Part shown: positions 10,476 to 19,774 of the stretch, piece by piece
How the letters are laid out: each line of letters opens with the position of its first letter
How positions within the stretch are numbered: the stretch's first letter is position 1
Source of the DNA: Fonticula alba ATCC 38817
Taxonomy: Eukaryota > Protista > Nucleariida
Direction: 5' to 3' (one strand)
Assembly (NCBI GenBank): GCA_000388065.2
Contig: KB932202.1
Length of the DNA: 21,298 nt
The notes under the pieces: model-generated
The model's input: only the letters and a program-made list of their open reading frames with translations
Database searches by the model: none
Told to the model about the DNA's origin: nothing
Made by a program: the position numbers and the translations under genes

Positions 10476-12105
10476 ATGGTTCGTCTTGCATACTCTCCGC
10501 GCGCGCACACCCGACACGCCCTCCCCGCCTTCCCCCCCCCATCCCGCGTCTCCCTCTCTCTCTCTCTCTCGGTTGCTTTCCCCCCGGTTTCCCCTCTCCC
10601 GACCCCGGACAGCGCTCTCTCTCCTTCTCTCTCTCTCTCTCTTGCTTGCTGCATGGCGCATCGGCGTATGCACATGGACGCTCCCGGACTGCGCCTGCCC
10701 CTCCCCTCCTGCCCGTCTACACGCCCTCGGAGCGGCCTCATGTCTCCGGGGGCGCCGCGCTGGGCTGCTCTCCCGGGATAGTGTGCTATCTCTTTCTTCC
10801 GGATTTGGTGTTTTCCCGGGGAGAGCATGTGGCAGGTGGCCGTGTCGCGCTTCGGCCGGGCAAGATGTAGATTGCCCCTGGGACTGAGGGGGACAGCGCT
10901 CCCCCCCACCTTCCGACGACCGAGAGGAGATTTCCCTTTGGCGGGGAGCAACACAGAGAGATGGAGAGACCCCCCGGGGAGGGGAAGGGAGACGCCGTTG
11001 GCCTTCGCGCTTTTCCCCCCCAGTCGTGTCGTTGCTAATTCCGATTCACCTTTTTTTTCCCACATCCGACGACTCCCCATCACCCTTTTCCCCTTTCTCT
11101 TGCGCGCCCCCCCGCTCGCGCCGGAAAAAATGATGTGAACTCCCCTTGGTCCTGATGCTTGGCTCGACGACAGACCAAGGGTACCACTTCTATGGGTAAG
11201 CGCAACTCGAAGACTCACACCCAGTGTCTTCGTTGCAACAAGAGCTCCTTCCACATCCAGAAGAAGGTTTGCGCTTCCTGCGGCTACCCTGCTGCCCGCA
11301 TTCGCTCTTGTGCGTCGTGCTATCTTTTTCCCCGCGCGCCCGCCTTGCCAGCGAGAGAGAGAGGGCCATCCATGTCTCTCTCTCTCTCTCTCTGGTGGCC
11401 TTTCTTTTGCGTGCCCCGCGGGCAGAGACACCCCTAACGCGCGATGCGCTCTTTGCCTCTGCCCTCTTCCTCCTCTCCTTTTCCCCTCTTTCACTCACCC
11501 TCTGTTGGCTTCCCTCTCCTCTCCCTCCCTCACACTCCCCAGTCAACTGGTCTGAGCGCGCCATCCGCCGCCGCACCACCGGTACCGGCCGCATGCGCCA
11601 CCTGAAGCACCTCCCCCGCCGCTTCAAGAACGGTTTCCGCACTGGTGCGTTTGCTTCTCCCTGCTCTTTGTTTGGGCAAATGCCCCCCCCCTTCTCGGCG
11701 TCTTTTCCACCATCGTCCCCCTTTCTCCGGGTTTGGGCGCGCAGAGAGAGAGACCCCACCACACCACCGCGCTCTCCTGAGAGAGGTTGAGCCTCTGTGC
11801 GCGCGCCGCCTGTTGTGTGTGGGGATGCTGGTGGTGGGCATCCATGTGCTGCGTGTGTGTTTACGCGAGGGGGGGGAGCGCGCGCGCTGGTGATGATGGT
11901 GATGCTGCGCCCCCGCGACATGCCCATGCGCGCCCCGGTTCTCTCTCTCTCTCTGGTGGTCTTGCTCCTTCTCCCCCCCCCATCTCGTCGCCTTCTTCAT
12001 GCCGTTTTCCTGACATTTCCTTGCCTCCTCTTGCCGCTGCGCTCCTCCTCCCTTTCCCTCTCTCCAGGCCACTCCCTCTTCGGCAAGAAGGTCGCCTCTG
12101 CCTAA
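10476..12105 (+). CDS. RPL37: 60S ribosomal protein L37 (eL37), 4 exons, 92 aa
   Basis: Exons: 10476-10478 (ATG only, donor GTTCGT), 11174-11309, 11543-11644, 12068-12105. Total 279 nt. Protein: [92 protein letters not shown], with the C4 zinc finger (CLRC...CASC) and the [13 protein letters not shown] signature. Placement of the ATG exon at 10476 is inferred (about 0.7). Confidence 0.97.
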
Positions 12106-13637
12106 GCAGCACATGCTTTTACAGAGTAGCAAAGCAGATATCGCCTTGTCGGCATACTTTTCCGATCCAAAATAATAACCAACTGTTCTGGTTTAGGGAA
12201 TATACATTCCGACTGGCCATCTCATGCGCAGAGCCATTCCCCTCCCATACTCACATGTCTCCCGATATATGGATTCCTTGTTCATGATTGTTTGCTATAC
12301 CCGCCCTCGCGGGGGGAGGCGAGGTCCCCTCTTCCGCGCGCGCGCGCGCGCGCACCCCCCCCTGTCTTGCTATTGCCTTTGCTTCCCCCTTCTCTCCTTT
12401 TTTCTGTCTCCCGCGCACCTGGAGGGTGTGTGTGTGGTGCGCACGCATCCTTTTCTGTGAGGGAGAGAGGTGCGGGAGGAGGAAGGAGCAGAGAAGGGTC
12501 TGCGGCGGCCACCTCGCGCGCTGTCCGTAAAAGCGCGAGGGCGCGGCGTCCAAGCCCAGCCCCTCCGGTGAAGGAGAGAAAACACGCGCGTGCGAGGAGG
12601 GGGGGGGTGAACACGAAAAAGGGAACGGAGGTGTGGTCCGATGGGTAGAGTGTGCGTATGCACCTCGTGTGAAACCGCGCGCGGCGCAGCCTGTATTTCC
12701 GCTCGCTGCTTGCCTCTCGAGCAACGGGAGCGGGCCATTGTGCCCCCTGGGACGCTCCTCGCGGCTGTCTTGGCCCAGCTCGGGGCGGCGGGGGGGGGGG
12801 GGGAAATCCGCCCCTGCGAAGCAAGAACGCGCCTCTCCCCCAATGCAGACGAGGAGGCCTCACTCGGCTGAGTGCTTCGTCACGTCGATGGGGGGGGCGA
12901 GAGGGGCGCGGGAGGCCGGACAGCCGCCTCCTCCTGGAAACCCTTGGGACATCAGCGCGCCCTCTCTGCCGGCTCCAGAGCCACCGCCTTGGGGGCTCTC
13001 CTCCAGTTTCCGCCTCAGTTGTTTGATTTCTAGGGCGCTGACGCTACAGCAAGTACCTTCCGATATATCAGCACACAGATGAGTCTAAATGAGCACGGAT
13101 CCAATATACACGATCTAAGATGTTCCAGCATCGGGGCTGTACTGGCAGAAACCATCAAGTTGATTCCGAATCATTCACGATGAACTGGCAGAGGGCTCAC
13201 CTGGTGGCGACAGCAACCACCGGCGCCTCCCCCTGCGTACGGAACAAGACGTCGGAACCGCCCAGAACGGAGATCGGCGAACCCGTTCGCCCAACATCCA
13301 ACAGAGATGGCTCCGTCACCGGGTCAGGGGGCAGCCCGGTGGTTAACCGACAGGAGGACCGCCAACGTATGTGTTATCCGAGGGCGCTTTCTCGCCACTG
13401 CGCTGGCAGTTCAGCGCTGGCTTTCCATTCTTTTTCGTGTGGTGGTGGCCAGCCCTGGGAGTTCCGCCTTGCGGAGGCGACCTCACGCTCCCTTCTCCTG
13501 TTGGCTGCGCTCTGTCCATGTCCAGTGCATCCCCTCTGGGATTGAGGGGGGGGGGGTCGATTGAGAGGTCTAGGTGGTTCATCGGAAGCCGCTCTCCGCG
13601 CATCGATTCTCGGTGGGCCAAACCCCTCCTCGCCTCC

Positions 13638-13642
<5 letters not shown>

Positions 13643-13682
<40 letters not shown>
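13643..13682. repeat. (TC)20 microsatellite
   Basis: Read directly, upstream of SF3A2. Confidence 0.9.
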
Positions 13683-13684
<2 letters not shown>

Positions 13685-13872
13685 CCTCTCTGTTCCTCTC
13701 CCCTGTCAAATTCTTCTCCTTTCCATTTCTTCGCGTCTCCGCCACGTACACGCACACAAGCTCTCCAGGACGGACCCCCTAGCTTTCCGCTCTTTTCGAC
13801 ACCCAGGCGGGACCTGAGCTCCGTATCGCACTCTCCTAGCCCCCCTTCCCCCCCCGGCACAAAAGCGCAAGG

Positions 13873-14374
13873 ATGGACTTCCAAAACCGTGTCGGCTCCC
13901 GCACTGGCGGCGGAGGCATGGCCTCCGAGTCTGAGTCCAACCTGCAGAGGCGCCTCCGTCTGCAGAAGCTTGCCTCGGAGTTTGTTGAGCTCAAGAAGGA
14001 TCCCTACTTCATGAAGGTGTGTCTCCATGGGGCTGCAGCCACACCGCCACCACCTTCATCGCCCGTTGCAACTTCCTCACACTCCACTGGGCTCTCTTCG
14101 CCCCATCCCCCCATCCCCGCCCTCCCACGAGGTAGAACCATCTTGGCTCGTACGAGTGCCGCCTGTGCCTGACCCTGCACACCAGCGAGGGCAGCTACCT
14201 GGCACACACCCAGGGCAAGAAGCATCAGACCAACCTGGCCCGGCGTAAGGCCCGCGACACCAAGTGCGTGTGCTTCCCTCGGGCCCGGGCTCCCACACAC
14301 GCGCGCATCGGGGCCATGTCTGCCCGTCTGGCCTCCCCCACCGTCGCTGACCCTGCGTAACACCCGCGCCTCCG

Positions 14375-14422
<48 letters not shown>

Positions 14423-15501
14423 TCCCCCCTCCCCCCACCCGCTTCTTCCTTTCGGCCTGTGCCCAAAGGTACAATGATGAGCATGTCCCCTTGCCGAACG
14501 CCACAACTGAGCGCCCTCGCCGGTCGACTGTTTACCGCATCGGGCGCCCCGGCTTCCAGGTGACCAAGGTCCGCGACTACAGTCGCAACCAGCTGGGGCT
14601 CCTGTTCGAGATCGACTACCCAAACATCACCGAGAACGAGGTCCCGCGGCACCGGTTCATGTCTACCTACGAGCAGCAGGTGGAGGTGCGTTTTCTATCC
14701 ATAGTCTCACTTGCCTGCAAAACGACGCCGCCCGGGGGCTAACCATCTCGCTCGGTCGCTCGGTCACCACCACCACCACCACCACCTCCTCCTCCTCCTC
14801 CTTCTTCCTATTCTCCCCCGCTGGACCTCCCACAGCCTCAGGACAAGAACTACCAGTTCCTGGTCTTTGCGGCCGAGCCATACACCAACATCGCCTTCAA
14901 GCTGCCTGCGCGCGAGGTTGACCGCCAGAGTGAGCGGTACTTCACCAACTTCAACCCCGAGACCAAGCGCTATACCATGCAGTTTATGTACCGGAATGCC
15001 CTGCAACCACATGGGGCTGGGCATTTGGGCCCGTTCGTCGGCGGGCCTTCTGTGCCGATGCCGATCCCGCGACCGGACGCGGGGAGCCTCGGCGAGGGGG
15101 CCAGCTCGGTCCCCGCTGGCGGCGACGATGCCCCAGCTCGCCCGGCCACCGGTGGCTCTTCCAATGAGGGAGACACCGAGGCCAAGCCCGCCCCCGCGGC
15201 ATCTGCCCCTGGTCCTGGGGCTGGGGACGCTCCGCCGCCGATTCGCATGCCTCCGCCCCCGGGTGGTATGGTGCATGGTGGTGGCCACCACATGCCCGGG
15301 ATGCCGGGCTTCCCGCCTCCTCACCCGGGCATGCCGGGCTTCCCGCCCCCCCATCATCCGGGCATGGCGGCGGCGCCGCCACACCCTGGCATGGCGCCCT
15401 TCCACCCTCAGGGGCCACCGCCGCACGGCAACATGGCCCCCTACTACCGGCCAGGGCCTCCCTATGGTGGCATGCCCCCTCCGCCGCCGCCGCACAACTG
15501 A
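13873..15501 (+). CDS. SF3A2: Splicing factor 3A subunit 2 (SF3a66/Prp11), 4 exons, 384 aa
   Basis: Exons: 13873-14016, 14136-14263, 14469-14685, 14836-15501. Total 1155 nt, in frame. Motifs: MDFQNRVGSRTGGGG, DPYFMKNHLGSYECRLCLTLHTSEGSYLAHTQGKKHQTNLARR (U1-type C2H2 zinc finger), IGRPGFQVTK, LLFEIDYP, PRHRFMSTYEQQVEP, YQFLVFAAEPY, IAFKLP, and a Pro/His/Gly-rich tail. Confidence 0.97.
14375..14422. repeat. (ACCGCCC)6 heptamer repeat in SF3A2 intron 2
   Basis: Six perfect units at 14381-14422 plus a partial unit before them. Confidence 0.92.
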
Positions 15502-15655
15502 GAGACCAACCAAGCAGGGAGGCGGCTGGACAATCGCGCCCTTTCTTCCCCTCCCCTCGCGCCTACATCCCCTCCCCGGTCCCTGTCTTTTGTTCTCCTC
15601 AGCTTGGTGGAGATGCCCTAATGAACGCAAGCAAGACACTCTGCTCTGTTTTCTC

Positions 15656-15737
15656 CTCTCTCTCTCTCTCTCCCTCCCTCTCTCTCTCTCTCTCTCTCTC
15701 CCTCCCTCCCTCTCTCTCTCTCCCTCTCTCTCTCCCT

Positions 15738-15772
<35 letters not shown>
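15656..15772. repeat. Compound (CT)n/(CCCT)n polypyrimidine microsatellite downstream of SF3A2
   Basis: About 115 nt of uninterrupted C/T sequence. Confidence 0.9.
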
Positions 15773-15774
<2 letters not shown>

Positions 15775-16752
15775 CCTATGCCTGCCTCCCCCACGCTCAA
15801 TACACGCCACATATACATGTCTCTCCTCTCCCCTGGCAAGACTGTCGATGTGAGCGCGCCCCTCTCCTGGGTGGCGCAGAAAAGGGGGCGCCCTCGGGGG
15901 GGACGTGCGCATGCGCAGGCCGGTGTCTCGCGCCGTCCTTTGCTGATCCTTCCCACCGGCTGGGGCCTGCGCTCCTCCTCCTCCCCTGGGCAGCCGACCG
16001 GGAGGCGCCTTTCGGCGTCTGCCTTTTTCACAAGCGGGCGTCGGCGGCACAAGCACATCCGTTGGCATGTCCCAGGGGAAGGCCATGGGCCATGTTGACC
16101 CGAGACCAGGGCCGCCCAGCATCGGGGGACCTGCCAGGCCGGCGGCCGGGGGAGATTAGAGCCGCGGCCGGGGCGTGGGCCAGAAGGCCAGGCTCTGGCT
16201 TCCGGTGCCAGGCGGTCTTTTTTTTGGCGGCGGCGGCGGCGGTGGCAGCGGCGGCGGCGTAGTCGCCACTCTGAGCACCAAGCTGGCGTGCGGAATGATA
16301 GTCTGCCTGCTGGGGGGGGGGGGCGCACGTGCGGGATCTCCGGCCCGCAAGGCTTACCTGTGCTGGGATCCGCACCACGCGCGATCCCGCGCACGCAATC
16401 TCCTCCGCAGGACAAGACCCAACTCCCCCGCCCCTCCCTCTCAGGACACGCAAGCCTTTTTTCAGATGGCCAGCCACGCTGGAGCTCCCGTCCCCGCCTC
16501 GATATTCCCCTCCCTCTCCCCTTTGCGGCCCTTTCACAGCCCCCGCCAGCCCCTCCATCGTCTCCCTGCCTTTCCGCGAACATACGCACGCATCCCTCCT
16601 CCGCCCCCCTCCACACATACATACATCACCCTCCTCCCTTGCCCACCCCTCTCCCTCCCCTCGTCGCCTTGGGTGCGTGCGTGCACGACAACTTGCGCGT
16701 GTCAACGGTCCCGCTCTCCCTGCGATCGGCAGTTCAGCGCCTTTCCTCCAAT

Positions 16753-19583
16753 ATGGTGACCTTGCCGGCCGAGGGTGCCTGGCCCCATGGGTGGTTTCCC
16801 GGATTGTGGCGCGCAACCTCTGCCGATGCCGAGATCCCGGCTCAGCAGCCGGACTACACCCCGGCCGTGGTCCGGCACTTTAGGGGCCAGCCTATGATGG
16901 CGCCAGGCGATCCTATCCAGGAGAACGCCCAGGCCGACAAGACCGCGGCCATGGTGCATGGGTTCCTGGCTGGCCAGCCGGGGCTGGTTTCGCCTGCTTC
17001 GATTGAGACCCTGTCCTCTGCGCTGACTGGGCCCCAGAGAGCGCCGTTTATTCTGCATGCCGGCCCCTGTGCTGAGATGTTTGCCGATCAAGATGGCCAG
17101 GGCCCCAGCAGTGCCAGCGGCCTCGTCGAGTGCCGGGCCACCCCGGAGTCCGGGTGTGGAAGCTGCCGCACTGGCGAGTGCCCTGTGGCATATGCACAGC
17201 ACCTCAACCGGGTGTCAGATGCTTTTGTTGCCATGTCCCCCGGTCACTCTGATGCCGGGGTTGTTCGGATCTGGCGCGGCGCTGGCCAGGTACGTACCAA
17301 CAGGTGCCCTGCCTGTGGTCCTATGCTGTCCCCTCCCTGTGCACCAGCTCCTCTGACCCGTAAGACCCACACACACACACACATGTATACATATATGCGC
17401 ATGCATGTTTGCATGTATACATATATGCGCATGCATGTTTGCATGTGCACATTCATGCATGGCTTGGATTGGTGTTGGCGTCGCAGTACGGCAAGCCACG
17501 CTCCTCTTGCTTCGAGCAGTCTCCCTTGACCGGTGAGCGGATACTTTCCTATCGGTAAGTGCATGCACACACACACACACATGACAATGTCACAGTCACA
17601 CCTCCTGCAACATCCCTCCCCCTCCCCCCTCAGACTGACTCTCTTTCCCTTGCGACGTCCGCAGGGGCGATATGATCAACTCCGATGCTCCATGCGGTGC
17701 GGCGCGGTCGCACGATCCTCGGCGCCTGGTCCGGTGCGTGCCCCTCCGTACGCACGCCTTGGGGACATTGATTAGCTAGGGGACTGACATTCTGCCGGGC
17801 ACCCTAAGTGCGCACGAGGCAGCCCGCGGAGCCTTGGATCGCCTCGGTGCCCATGGATACCTTTGGAGCCCGAATGACGCTGACAGCCACCAGGCCATCT
17901 TCACCTCGCACGAGGCGCTGGTCCTTTCGTATGAGGAGTCCCAGACGCGCGTGGAGCAATGGGCCTCGGGTGGCCAGCTGGCCGCGGCCTACGCCACCAG
18001 CGGACACCTGGTGTGGGTGGGCGACCGGACTCGAGACCACCCTGGCACGGGGCCACGGCAGCCTAGTGGCCATCTCCTCTGGGCCCAGGGGGTCCGTAAT
18101 CCCCTGGGGATCAAGCTGTCGGCCAGGGTGTCGCCGGAGGCGCTGGTTTTCGCCATCCGATCGGGGCTCGGCTGCGAGCAGCTCTTTCGCCCGGCGCCCG
18201 GGGTGGCGGCCTCATCCCAAGCAAATGACCCCCTACCTGGGCGCGCGGTGCTGATCATCGCACGATATGGGGCCCGCGCGGCCCCGCGAGCCGTGGGGCA
18301 GCACATTCGGATCCTCCGTGCGGCCGGGCTTATGCCGGGCGACTCCGGCCCGATGGATGGGGATGGTCGCATCTTTGCCCAGGCCCATGCAGCAGCGGCA
18401 GCGGTCCTGGGCGCCGGCCCGCGGACCAACCTCCTGGGGGACGCCCCGTCGGGGGCATTTGGCGAGCTGCTCGGTGGGGCCTTCCGTGGGTGGGCCCCTT
18501 CGGGCCGGGAGGTGGCGGACATTGCACGCGTGGCAGCCCACCGGGCGGGGGAGCTGTGTGCCGTTCCCGACGCAGCCCTGGAGGTGGATGCCCTTTTGGG
18601 GCGGGCCCTGCCTCGGGGGACCTCCCTCGCCGCCTGGCCGGCACCCCTCCTTAGGGCTCTTGGCCAGCATGTGGATGAGGTGGCCCGGGCGGCGGTGGCC
18701 GCCGCACGCGAGAACCTGGCTGACAGTGCTGAGGAAGCGCCCCTCGAAAGTCCGGACCCCTGGCTGCTGCCTTGTCGTTGTCGTTCCTGCGCTCGGGCCC
18801 GGGTCCACTGGCTGGCGGACCCGATGCACGGGAACACGGTGTCCATTTCTCCCCGAGTGGACCCGGGGGTTTTGGCCCCGATGAGCGACCCGGCCACAGC
18901 TGGGGAGGCCGTTCGGTGGGCCGTCGGCCCTGGGTCTCCGAGCGCCCCCTCCAGCCCGATGGAACTCCCGCTGGCGGAGGAGCCGGCTCCGCAGGCGGGG
19001 GTGCCAACAGCGGCATGCCGGGGGTGTGCCCCGCCGCCGGATACCTTCCGGCCGAAAACCCGACACCTGCGCGCGCTGGCGGCCGAAGTGTGTGCGCAGC
19101 ACATCGGCCTGGGGCCCGGGGCCTCCCTCGGGGGACTACACATGGAGGTGGCCCCGCGCCAAGTCAGCGGTATGTGTCTCCCTCCCCATCATCGGCCTCT
19201 GGTGGCCATGCCTCTTTCTCCCTCTGCCCCTGTTTGTCTGTCTGGCCTCTTTCGCTGCCCGATCCTCCCCTTGCGCATTGCTGACATGGCGCCGTCTGCC
19301 CTGTGCTTTCGACCATCCATGCGCTCCCCACCTCCCCCTCCCCCTCATGTCCCGCTCGGGCGCAGAGTGTGTGGACGACACGAACGAGCAGAACACCGCG
19401 GCGGCGGTATTTTCACAGGCCTGGCGGGCAGCCGCCCGGCATGGCTCACAGTCGTGTGTCGCCTGCAATGGACAGGCCTCGCCCTACCTGACGGCGTGCG
19501 ATCCGCGACTGTCCGCCGGGCAGTCTGTCTTCCTGGCGGAGATGACCGCCCGGCTACTGAGTCTCGGGCCGCTGGCCCGGTGA
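16753..19583 (+). CDS. Type II (AroAII) 3-deoxy-D-arabino-heptulosonate 7-phosphate synthase with large insertions; 5 exons, about 750 aa
   Basis: Exons: 16753-17289, 17487-17554, 17665-17733, 17809-19169, 19366-19583. Total 2253 nt, in frame, ending in TGA. Donors GTACGT, GTAAGT, GTGCGT, GTATGT. Type II motifs appear in order after splicing: W-x-P-x-x-W-R...AQQPDY, FILHAGPCAEMF, VVRIWRGAGQ|YGKPRSS, LSYR|GDMIN, DPRR, FTSHEALVLSYE, LVWVGDRTR, NPLGIKL, IIARYG, WLADPMHGNT, KTR, GGLHMEV, S|ECV, YLTACDPRL. The start codon is provisional and an upstream exon cannot be excluded. Confidence 0.92.
17369..17460. repeat. (CA)n followed by a 30-bp tandem repeat (2 perfect copies and 1 degenerate) in DAHP synthase intron 1
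   Basis: CATGTATACATATATGCGCATGCATGTTTG at 17382-17411 and 17412-17441, then the degenerate CATGTGCACATTCATGCAT at 17442-17460. Confidence 0.9.
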
Positions 19584-19774
19584 GCCCGCCTGTGGCGGGG
19601 TACGTCGCGTGCAAAATAAACACCCAGGCGTACAAACATGTATCTGCGCATGGCTACTGCAGTACAGGGAGATAACAGCATCTGGCTCTGGGGCGTGTCT
19701 TTTCTTTTTCTATTTTCCCCCGCCTCCGGGCCGGGGCGGTGGTGGCGGTGGTAGTCATGGTCACACAGATGTAC

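Noticed and set aside
11130-11156. Box C-like ATGATGT and box D-like CTGA at the end of RPL37 intron 1
   Set aside because: They are under 30 nt apart, too short for a C/D snoRNA, and the CTGAT is better explained as the branch site.
11738-11841. Stems in RPL37 intron 3 (GCGCGCAGAG/CTCTGTGCGC and GGATGC/GCATCC) and a TGATGA near 11891
   Set aside because: No correctly placed H, ACA or D boxes. Such stems are expected from GC and GA/CT repeats, and the downstream CTGA is the probable branch site.
15618-16750. Overlapping ORFs upstream of the DAHP synthase (16175-16759, 16329-16883, 16028-16816)
   Set aside because: Dominated by microsatellite- and homopolymer-derived peptides. I could not build a convincing upstream exon; the only phase-compatible donor, GTCCCC, is weak.
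17382-17460. 30-bp repeat as a CRISPR array
   Set aside because: The copies are head-to-tail with no spacers, lie in a eukaryotic intron, and there are no cas genes.
17989-19143. 384-aa and 289-aa minus-strand ORFs over the DAHP synthase
   Set aside because: Antisense to a motif-complete gene, low complexity, and expected at this GC content.
16753-19583. DAHP synthase as bacterial contamination or chimeric assembly
   Set aside because: It has spliceosomal introns with the same donors, branch sites and microsatellites as the neighbouring genes, and it is contiguous with SF3A2 with no gap between them.
16288-19675. Treating ORFs 16288-17529 and 17834-19675 as two genes or as a broken pseudogene
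   Set aside because: Four canonical introns join them into one intact frame and recover KPRS, YRGD and CDPRL from small exons.
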